Source: a virus (lineage: Duplodnaviria > Caudoviricetes). From it: a stretch of 64,000 bases of DNA. Positions 56,539 to 64,000 of the stretch are shown in pieces. The translations under genes were made by a program, and so were the position numbers. The stretch lies in the IMG/VR virus record IMGVR_UViG_3300027792_000002, positions 617 to 64,616 of that record; one strand, given 5' to 3'. The notes beneath the pieces were generated by a model, which saw only the letters and a program-made list of their open reading frames with translations, was not told where the DNA came from and did no database searches. Within the stretch, counting starts at the first letter, position 1. Every line of letters begins with the position of its first letter.

Positions 56539-56778
56539 AACAGTTTTCCAACCGTTGCCGCAGTTAAGGCAAATCTGTTCGGTTGTGTTATTATCTGTTT
56601 TATGTGGTTTGTTACATTCAGGGCAAACCGATTTCATAATACTTTGTAAATTGTATAATTTTACTATTTCGTCTGCAATTGTTTCAAACTGTGTTTCATC
56701 AACGTTATCAAAATCAGCGTGCATATTCATTGAACATTCAGCTTTTTTCTTTAGTATTTTAATTATTTTTTCTTTCAT
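56533..56778 (-). CDS. Protein with cassette-encoded C-terminal Zn ribbon
   Basis: CPEC...CLNC within 56532-56640. Confidence 0.65.
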   Translation of the reverse strand: MKEKIIKILKKKAECSMNMHADFDNVDETQFETIADEIVKLYNLQSIMKSVCPECNKPHKTDNNTTEQICLNCGNGWKTVL

Positions 56779-56798
56779 AAGAAGTTATTTTAATATGT

Positions 56799-57311
56799 TT
56801 AAAAACAACCTATGCCTATTTTTGAATGTATTTTGTTTATAATATTTTCAAATTCTAGCTTGTATTCACGCCTCCACCCGTTTAATTTTGAGTTGTTTAT
56901 TTCTTTGAGCGAATAGGAAACAGTCGAATGGTGTTGGCTAAATTCAGCACCTATTTTTGCAAGCGAATGGGTAGAAAATGTTTTCATATAATAAAAAACC
57001 AGCCACCTTGCAAAAACATATTCTTCTTTTTTTGTTTTTGAATATAACCCCTCTGTGATCGTCATGCAACAATTAGCGGCAATACGGACAACCTCTGTTG
57101 TTGGCAGTATTTTTTCTTCCTGTTTTTCATTGAAACACCCGAATATTTCCAATGCCTGTTCCCCAGAGAAATCCTCTATTAATATATTCTTGTAGAATAT
57201 CTGCAAAGACCTTTCTTTTTGTTTGAACCGATATGTAAATTCGGATATTCCGGGCATGTTGTGCTGGTGTTCTGTCACCAATATTTTTGCCTCGTTGAAT
57301 GTAAAATCCAT
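56799..57311 (-). CDS. Protein with DnaA C-terminal-like HTH
   Basis: EYVFARWLVFY...SLAKIGAEFSQHHSTVSYS. Confidence 0.7.
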   Translation of the reverse strand: MDFTFNEAKILVTEHQHNMPGISEFTYRFKQKERSLQIFYKNILIEDFSGEQALEIFGCFNEKQEEKILPTTEVVRIAANCCMTITEGLYSKTKKEEYVFARWLVFYYMKTFSTHSLAKIGAEFSQHHSTVSYSLKEINNSKLNGWRREYKLEFENIINKIHSKIGIGCF

Positions 57312-57817
57312 TGTTGATAATTTTTATTGAAGTTAGCAAAAATTGTTCACTTTACGAAAAGTTATAAACAATTTTTTATACCTGTCTGTTGATTATATAT
57401 TTGTTAAACCAATGGTTAAGGCAGGATTCGATCTCCACCTGAGCCATACCTGAATCCATTTCATCTCTAATACTTTGATTATTAGTCTATTAATTCACAC
57501 GAATCGTTATATTGTTCCCATTCCGATTCCATTATGATATATCCGCAATTATTGCATTTATGGATATATGTTGGATAAGGAAATGTTCCTTTTATTATTG
57601 CCTCTTGGATAGCATAACATTCCGGGCAAATTATTTTTTGAATAATTTCTTCCATTTTAATTATTATTATATTATTATCATTAAAAATATTGTCGCTATA
57701 ATCAGTATTATGCCGTAGAATACTGCCCTTTCTGAATATTCTTGCTTATTCATGTCTAATACCTTAAATCTGTCCAGTGAACTCTTGTGAAAATGGTAGT
57801 ATCATCTTGTTTGTTTT

Positions 57818-58309
57818 TTATTTGAGTTTCGCTAAAAATTTTTCAAACTGGTCTTCGATGGTTTGTATGATAGTATCGTATTTTTCGCCTTTGTAAAATA
57901 CACCGACAACATTTTCATAAATCCAAGGCAATTGTTCCCGGATATAATCCTCAAATGATTTTTGGCTCATTTTCCCAAATGCTATACTATCATACTCTAC
58001 CTGTTTTGTCCCATCTTTAAATTCAAATATAACAGCATATTCCCCTTTCAAATGTTTCAACCAATAATAAAATTTGTCTTGGTGTATCGTATTTTTAAAA
58101 TTTATAGGCATATATCCCCAAATAAAATTCAACAATAGAAAATAGCACCTGTGGAATTTTATATCCCTATCCGAAATTTCAACCATTGGGATAATTTCTC
58201 CAATCCCTAATTGATGCGAAAATTCGATAGCATTTTGGTTGTATGGGATAAAGCCGCCGCCTTGGTAGGCAAATTCCATTATTTTATTGTCGTAGTCTGA
58301 TTTTTTCAT
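57818..58309 (-). CDS. NinB/DUF1367-like phage protein
   Basis: RDIKFHRCYF...SIAFGKMSQKSF. Confidence 0.6.
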   Translation of the reverse strand: MKKSDYDNKIMEFAYQGGGFIPYNQNAIEFSHQLGIGEIIPMVEISDRDIKFHRCYFLLLNFIWGYMPINFKNTIHQDKFYYWLKHLKGEYAVIFEFKDGTKQVEYDSIAFGKMSQKSFEDYIREQLPWIYENVVGVFYKGEKYDTIIQTIEDQFEKFLAKLK

Positions 58310-58379
58310 GCTAATTGGGCTTTATTTGACAAGTCATATAGTGACATTATTTTATATGTTTTAAGACCAAAAAAATTAT

Positions 58380-58580
58380 CTAAAGCGTCTTGTCAACAAT
58401 TCCCATATATATCATAAACATACCCACTACTGTAACTATAATCCCTATATATATAACGAATCCTCTCATTTCCCACTTCCAATAAGTTAAGCATCCTATG
58501 ATTATCAGTGCTGCAAATGCCGTCAATACCCATACTGTCGGGAATTGTGTCGTTGAATCAATATTTAATACATTTTTCAT
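58380..58580 (-). CDS. Small two-TM membrane protein
   Basis: Hydrophobic 66 aa. Confidence 0.6.
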   Translation of the reverse strand: MKNVLNIDSTTQFPTVWVLTAFAALIIIGCLTYWKWEMRGFVIYIGIIVTVVGMFMIYMGIVDKTL

Positions 58581-58591
58581 CGTATTCTTTT

Positions 58592-58906
58592 TTAGTTAAA
58601 TTTGTTAATTTGATTTAGCAATATTTGAACTTCCGGTTCTTCTTCAAAATACATGCTGTCTATTTTATTGACATCAATAAAAATTTCATTATTAGAGCAA
58701 TATTTTATTACTTGTAGCCTATATATTTCCTTTGAAATTGCTTTTTCTTGGAGTATTGTAATTTCATTCGCTTTAATACCAAGGTAATTGTCTTCTGCTG
58801 AATTGCGGGATGGTTTGATTTTAGTGGTTGTATCCAAAACATAACCCAATAAATAGCCTAAAATCACACAAAAAACAAACCATGCTAAAATTTTAATTGC
58901 TTTCAT
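58592..58906 (-). CDS. Membrane-anchored hypothetical protein
   Basis: N-terminal TM helix. Confidence 0.6.
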   Translation of the reverse strand: MKAIKILAWFVFCVILGYLLGYVLDTTTKIKPSRNSAEDNYLGIKANEITILQEKAISKEIYRLQVIKYCSNNEIFIDVNKIDSMYFEEEPEVQILLNQINKFN

Positions 58907-59318
58907 TTTTTTTTGTTCTTAAAATCTGATATAACTTTTTCTCCCCTGAACCCCTACATTATAATAGGAATCCAGTTTATTAAGATTTACGAGTACATCT
59001 CTTAATCAGGCTAAGTATTTAGGAAATAGCCCCTGTACTATATCAAAGCAAATTGCCTTTTGTTCAGTCGCCGGATGTGAAGTTCCACACATTCCCCGGA
59101 CTTTATGCAACCCCCTGATGCTTTGATACCTAAAACCGCCACCCATCTTTTAACCCTGCCTGTATGCAAGGAGGCAAAGGACATCGAACATAACCTATAA
59201 AAAAAATACCCGCCAAAATAATTGAACTTTGACGGGCATATATGAGATGTACTATTCTTGCCTCTGCAAGAAAAAACATTATAATTAATATTTTTATTTG
59301 TTTTGTACATCTCGATTG

Positions 59319-59349
59319 CAAATATAGGTATTTGTTTTGAATTATCAAA
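59319..59349 (-). promoter_or_regulatory. Bacteroidota-type promoter
   Basis: TTTG...TATATTTG on minus strand. Confidence 0.5.
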
Positions 59350-60130
59350 ATGGTGCGCTGCCACCTCCTAAATAATTTTCAGGTATTTCTTCGTTATCGA
59401 AAACAAATTGTTCCCTGCTGTTTGGCTTGTCATTGTAGATTACTTGGTTGCCTTCCGGCAATGGCTGCTCTTCTGGTTCTGTTTGTCTGATTTCTTTGTT
59501 AACGTTCAAACCATTGTGGAAATATGCTTTGAAATATTCCTGCAACTCGGCATCAAGCCCTATCGCTTTCTGGTCTGTGGCTTCGCTGACCTCTGTAAGT
59601 ACGAATATAGGCATAGTAAATTCCACTTTGCCTTTTTTGTCTGTTTTAAACTCTTTTACAGACACCGCCCCTTTATAGATGTTGTTTGCTTTTTTAAATT
59701 CAAACCATGCCCCAAGTGCTGCTCCTGTAAGTTCTATTTTGCCAATCGTTAATTCTGTACCCTCAAAATAAGCAATATAAACTGATTGGCAAAACTTTGC
59801 ACCTATGCAATCTCTATCTGTTATTATATTTTTATATAATCCAGTTGCACAAGTTTTTATTTTGCCATTTTGCCCTTTAATTTTTACATTTAATTCTTCT
59901 TCGCGTGTATCGCGTATTTCATTCGACCAATAACCTGATTTTTCATTATCGTTGAATCCACGAATACAAATTAATTCATCCAATACTAAGAATTTAAAAG
60001 GTAATATATTCTCAATATTTTTACCTTTTTCTTCATTTTCGCCTTTTTCATAATGTATAAAACATTTTTCAGACCACTTAAATGTTTTTACTGCCGGATT
60101 TTTTACATCCGTGTTGTTTGACCTACTCAT
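59345..60130 (-). CDS. Putative ssDNA-binding/annealing protein
   Basis: Next to exonuclease; acidic tail ending APF. Confidence 0.55.
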   Translation of the reverse strand: MSRSNNTDVKNPAVKTFKWSEKCFIHYEKGENEEKGKNIENILPFKFLVLDELICIRGFNDNEKSGYWSNEIRDTREEELNVKIKGQNGKIKTCATGLYKNIITDRDCIGAKFCQSVYIAYFEGTELTIGKIELTGAALGAWFEFKKANNIYKGAVSVKEFKTDKKGKVEFTMPIFVLTEVSEATDQKAIGLDAELQEYFKAYFHNGLNVNKEIRQTEPEEQPLPEGNQVIYNDKPNSREQFVFDNEEIPENYLGGGSAPF

Positions 60131-60133
60131 ATT

Positions 60134-60952
60134 TTAAATATTTAAAGTTAATTCTGTCGGGTAAATTTCCCTCATGTATTTTAAATTTGGGTATTCGATT
60201 CTAAACAAAGTATTGCAAGCCTCGAATCCTTTTAGTTTTTCCTCTGTATCGGTTACTTCTGTCAACCTCCATCCTTTTTTTGTTTGGACGTTTAAAAGCA
60301 ACAAAAAACATGAAGTCGATTTTATTTTCTCTAATATGCTATCATTTGCCCCGATTTGCCCGTTTAAGTACGATACAAGCCTTTTAGAGTAATTATCGGG
60401 TTTTTCTACCATTTCGACAAGCATGTCCTTATATGCGCTTATTTGCCATAAATAATCCGTGTATGCGGCCGCGCTCCTTTTCAAGTCTATAAGCGCAAAA
60501 ACCGGGTTTTTAAGTTCCTTTGGCTGTATGGTGCAGAATAAATCCAATGTCCCGGCGCACCCCATCCGGTTGCTCCAAATAGTCTGCTCTATCAAAATTG
60601 GTTTTATATCCAATTCTTTGTAAGCATCTACGAACCTGCATATAGGCAGCCATTCCCCCCAGAAGTCGTAATCTTCGGAATAGGATATTTTTTGCCCCGA
60701 CATAAGCATCTCTGCGGCGTTATGTACTGCCGAGCCTTCATCCATCATTTTTTGCCCTAATTCTTTAGGGTCTATCCCTGCTTTGGCTACCTGCGTTTTC
60801 CAGTTTTCAAGCCCCTGTTTAGACTTGATTTGGAGTATAGTCGTAACGGAAGGGTAAGCAATACCTGTTTTTTCGTAGTCCCCTATTTCGTACCATCTAG
60901 AGTTTGGCACGTGTATTTTTTTTGCGTTTAAATCGACAAAAAATTGTTTCAT
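60134..60952 (-). CDS. PD-(D/E)XK exonuclease
   Basis: YPSVTTIL, GSAVH, AGTLDL, LIDLK, QISAY. Confidence 0.8.
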   Translation of the reverse strand: MKQFFVDLNAKKIHVPNSRWYEIGDYEKTGIAYPSVTTILQIKSKQGLENWKTQVAKAGIDPKELGQKMMDEGSAVHNAAEMLMSGQKISYSEDYDFWGEWLPICRFVDAYKELDIKPILIEQTIWSNRMGCAGTLDLFCTIQPKELKNPVFALIDLKRSAAAYTDYLWQISAYKDMLVEMVEKPDNYSKRLVSYLNGQIGANDSILEKIKSTSCFLLLLNVQTKKGWRLTEVTDTEEKLKGFEACNTLFRIEYPNLKYMREIYPTELTLNI

Positions 60953-61190
60953 ATCAATTGTATATTTCAGGTTGAAGATAATTGTAGCTCCTTAAAAATA
61001 TTGTGCAATAAGGTTGGCACAATTTCTTGAATTTCCTTATTTCGTTTTTTGCCAAGTGTTCGCCGGGGTAGTATTCCCGGAACTTGAATAAAACTAGCCA
61101 TTTTTTAGAGTGTATTAGTTCCATTTGTTTTTAGTTTTATTTTTGGTTGTAAAACATTTGCCCACGCACACAAGGTTTTTGCAAAACCTT

Positions 61191-62120
61191 TTAGATTCTT
61201 TCTACAATAAGCGGATTTTCCCACAAACTATTCCTATATCCTCCAACTGGTTTTTTAGTCTTTATCCCTTTTCTTACAGTGCTGTCTCCAATCATTTTTT
61301 GCAATCTTAAGTCTTTTGTATTCTTAAATAAATATACTTCTCCAGTCACAGTATCAGTAACTTTAATATTGCCTTTATTTGTTCCACTTTTTAAAGAACG
61401 GTACTCTTTTTCTGGAATAATGCAATCAATTTCTTTTGCTCCGTCTGATATTCTTTTTTCTGTTGTAGTTGTTGGTATATTATAATTTGATTCAACATAC
61501 CTTGCAAAATCTGCAATAGTTAAAAATTCATTTCCATCTAAAAACAAAATAGGCTTTCTGTTTTCAATAATTTCGTTTCTTAATTGCTCCATCACGTCAT
61601 TAGTAAATTCAGTAATTCCAATTCTTAAACCATATTGTCTAACATAGAAGTCTCCAATTTCATTTTTTTGTTTTTGCAAATATTCGCCATGCAGTCTATT
61701 TGAACATTCATAACAATTATTTGAATATCCCTCATATCCAGTAACGCTTTTTGAATACGCAGTAAGTGGCTTTGTTTCCTTACAAACGGAACACCGTCTA
61801 AACCCTTTTTTAAAAATATCCTTTGCGTATCTTACTTTTCCAATTTCAATTATATCAGCTTCTCTCATTTGGCAGTCACGGCAATAACTACATCGCCTTC
61901 CTGTTTCTTTATCTTTTACATAAAATTCTTTAATCGGTAGTTCTTTAAAGCACTTGCTGCATGTTTTAGTTTCTTTGTATTTATATATTTTCTGATTATT
62001 CCTTATAAATATCTGATATTCGTTAAGTTTTGAAACATCAAAGTCTTTATTTTTTGGATACTGCTCAATAGAATATCTCATTTTAAAATCCCTCCATTTT
62101 TTTATTTTGTTATAATCCAT
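61191..62120 (-). CDS. Zn-binding repeat protein resembling homing-endonuclease DNA-binding parts
   Basis: Two CxxC...CxxC modules; NUMOD-like C-terminus; no clear nuclease motif. Confidence 0.55.
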   Translation of the reverse strand: MDYNKIKKWRDFKMRYSIEQYPKNKDFDVSKLNEYQIFIRNNQKIYKYKETKTCSKCFKELPIKEFYVKDKETGRRCSYCRDCQMREADIIEIGKVRYAKDIFKKGFRRCSVCKETKPLTAYSKSVTGYEGYSNNCYECSNRLHGEYLQKQKNEIGDFYVRQYGLRIGITEFTNDVMEQLRNEIIENRKPILFLDGNEFLTIADFARYVESNYNIPTTTTEKRISDGAKEIDCIIPEKEYRSLKSGTNKGNIKVTDTVTGEVYLFKNTKDLRLQKMIGDSTVRKGIKTKKPVGGYRNSLWENPLIVERI

Positions 62121-62574
62121 ACGTTTTTTCTTTCCATTTGATATAGCCTAAAAATGTTGGTTCTAATTCCATCTTGATTTTTTCGCACCGTATATAGGCA
62201 AGGTTATTGGTATATGGTTTGTGATTATAAGGGTACGTATATCTCATGTATATACTTTCTTGTTCTTGTCTGTTCCATTCCCATATATATTCTTCCTCAA
62301 AAGCATAGCCTGATGGGGCATAGGTTATGTGTTCTTTATCTAAAAGCAAATATGTGTATTCGCGGTCAAATATTTCAAAACAAGAAAACCATTTGCCAAG
62401 TTCATTGCCCCCTTCATCTGTTATAAAGCGGAAACCAACCACAACTTTGTTGCTGTCCGCTTTCAAATAATTCAGGTATTCTTTTTGTAGTTGGCTTTCG
62501 CTTTTTTGCCCGAATGAAATAAATGCCATTGATAATATCAAAACAAAGCTTGATATTTTAGATAAAATTTTCAT
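62110..62574 (-). CDS. Secreted protein, paralog of 14144-14575
   Basis: Signal peptide ending SFGQ; PTFLGYIKW. Confidence 0.65.
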   Translation of the reverse strand: MKILSKISSFVLILSMAFISFGQKSESQLQKEYLNYLKADSNKVVVGFRFITDEGGNELGKWFSCFEIFDREYTYLLLDKEHITYAPSGYAFEEEYIWEWNRQEQESIYMRYTYPYNHKPYTNNLAYIRCEKIKMELEPTFLGYIKWKEKTYGL

Positions 62575-62635
62575 AATTGTTTTTTTTGATTACACCAAAA
62601 TTAAACATTGATTTGCTTTCAAAACATGACGAAAA

Positions 62636-63004
62636 TCATACTAATAGTATTGATTTTTGGAATTTCTCCAATAATTCCGGGCTTTCCTTTTTCAGGAAGG
62701 CGCATAATTTTTGGTATTTTGTAGATTTTTCACGTGGAAACAATTCAGGCTCTAAGTTGAGGTAATATACAGTCACAGGGTTGTTTTCTTCGATTACAGT
62801 GTAAAGAGGCTCGAATAAGTGGCTGTTTGCCTTGTCCGACACCCTGCGGTGTACTGCGTGGTATTCGATGCCCGTCCACCTCGATATTTGGCGGCACGTC
62901 AATTGCTTCCTTTCTTTTAGGCAGCGGACAATCCTTCCTGTATGACTTTTCCATCTCCGTTGGTTGGATTCGTCAAAATAAGTTGCCAAACTGTTGTTGT
63001 TCAT
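62636..63004 (-). CDS. Winged-HTH protein
   Basis: LTCRQISRWTGIEYHAVHRRVSD. Confidence 0.65.
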   Translation of the reverse strand: MNNNSLATYFDESNQRRWKSHTGRIVRCLKERKQLTCRQISRWTGIEYHAVHRRVSDKANSHLFEPLYTVIEENNPVTVYYLNLEPELFPREKSTKYQKLCAFLKKESPELLEKFQKSILLV

Positions 63005-63172
63005 AATTTTAAGTTTTATCGTGGCTCATATCAGTATCATTTGTTTCATATTGATTGCATAAATGTTCAAATTCTTTATCGTAAATCACTATATTAAATA
63101 TCTTTAAACATTCGTAATATGTTTGTCCACCCAATTTAATTTCTTTAAGGTGTTTGCAATGTCTGCATTTTA

Positions 63173-63403
63173 TCATATCCTTTCACTATTTAATATTTGT
63201 TGCAAAATGGTTTGATAACGAAGCACTAGCCTTTCGATGCACCTATTTATAGTATCAATATCATTTATATATTTCAGGCGCAATTCAGGAAATGTTCCGG
63301 CAAATCCATTTATGCTTTCGATCTTGCGTTCCTTTTTTTTCTCGAAATGTTTGATGCCTTCAAGTATTTCGATACACGATTGATGTTTTTCAATTGGGTT
63401 CAT
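63173..63403 (-). CDS. Hypothetical protein
   Basis: ATGA coupling. Confidence 0.6.
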   Translation of the reverse strand: MNPIEKHQSCIEILEGIKHFEKKKERKIESINGFAGTFPELRLKYINDIDTINRCIERLVLRYQTILQQILNSERI

Positions 63404-63684
63404 GGCAAAAAGGTTTTTATGTTTTCTTCATCCATTTCAATAGCCTCGTCCTCGAAATAGGCAATTGCCGAATCAATAGAAACTGATTCTCCAAAAATAC
63501 GTGTTTCAGCAGGGTTTGTATGCGTTGCCCAGGTGGTTATATAGTCTGTTGATTTATAACCCCTTATTTCAATACCGCACTCCTCAAACTCGAAACTCAT
63601 TTTCAACATTCCGTCATCGGACATGGCTATCTCGTTTTTTATTGTAAATGCGTCGTAAGGCTGATTTTTTTTGTTTGCATCCAT
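63400..63684 (-). CDS. Hypothetical acidic protein
   Basis: 94-aa ORF. Confidence 0.6.
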   Translation of the reverse strand: MDANKKNQPYDAFTIKNEIAMSDDGMLKMSFEFEECGIEIRGYKSTDYITTWATHTNPAETRIFGESVSIDSAIAYFEDEAIEMDEENIKTFLP

Positions 63685-63690
63685 GGTTTT

Positions 63691-63843
63691 CTATAATTGG
63701 TTTAATTCTTCTTCATCGTCAAATTCTAAATAAACATCCTCTTTTTCTTCGTAGAATGAGTATATTTTCACAAGTCCGTAAAAGGCATAGCCGAATATAG
63801 CCGAAGATATGGCTACGTAAACAATGATTTTTAATGTTTCCAT
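63691..63843 (-). CDS. Small membrane protein
   Basis: METLKIIVYVAISSAIFGYAFYG. Confidence 0.55.
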   Translation of the reverse strand: METLKIIVYVAISSAIFGYAFYGLVKIYSFYEEKEDVYLEFDDEEELNQL

Positions 63844-64000
63844 TTTATTTATTTTAATTTGATATGATTCGTAAAAAAAAGGGGACAAAAATTGAAACCC
63901 AGTAACGCCCTCTGGCGTTATATGGTAGGACGTCCCCTTTTTAAATGTCTTTTGTGCATATCTAAAACCTTTCGTAATACTTTGCCACCTATATAATAAT

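Larger units (their letters stand above)
51058..56640 (+). mobile_element. Integron-like cassette array C (11 cassettes, 10 attC-like sites)
   Basis: IR-bounded units 51058-51425, 51505-52516, 52632-53011, 53090-53127, 53243-53615, 53697-53921, 54038-54226, 54345-55355, 55471-55907, 56024-56415, 56532-56640. Confidence 0.82.

Noticed and set aside
51058-56640. CRISPR array or simple terminators as explanation for the repeats
   Set aside because: Repeats are non-identical 90-130 bp palindromes with gene-sized spacers, lack U tracts, and have cassette-specific matching ends.
57408-57445. tRNA 3'-end-like sequence (TCGAATCCTGCCTTAACCA, minus strand)
   Set aside because: T stem does not pair properly and no 5' half is found.
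63874-63944. AAAGGGGAC...GTCCCCTTT stem near window end
   Set aside because: Plausible attenuator, but no recognisable family and its context is truncated.
1-64000. Integrase/IntI or reverse transcriptase (DGR, retron) gene
   Set aside because: No ORF shows tyrosine/serine recombinase or RT motifs; one may lie outside the window.

Overview
The window is part of a tailed dsDNA phage genome (HK97-fold capsid, long non-contractile tail) of a Bacteroidota host. Host evidence: TAnnTTTG/TTTG promoters, no Shine-Dalgarno motifs, and Gln+1 signal peptides. Layout: minus-strand accessory genes (1-6.4 kb); terS with a possible packaging-site region (6.9-8.4 kb); small ORFs with HNH and Dam-type MTase (8.4-15.7 kb); a + strand late operon terL-portal-protease-capsid-tail-tape measure-fibres-lysis (15.7-45.5 kb); a minus-strand early/replication arm with DnaB-like helicase, initiator, NinG and exonuclease (45.6-64 kb). 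The main unexplained structure is three integron-like cassette arrays (634-3639, 45839-47499, 51058-56640). They hold about 25 cassettes and 22 attC-like hairpins (AAC...GTT; 13 are 129-133 bp), and no integrase is present in the window. Each cassette has its own ~15-bp terminal inverted repeat with a recurrent A/G asymmetry, and its genes are almost all inverted relative to the attC top strand. Cargo includes a split RlmN/Cfr-like radical SAM enzyme, a cluster of permuted tRNA-like (Y RNA/YrlA-like) RNAs, and GC-rich ORF-less cassettes. Other oddities are signal peptides on six late-operon proteins and a stand-alone degenerate TerL ATPase. All assignments were made by eye from motifs; no searches were run.
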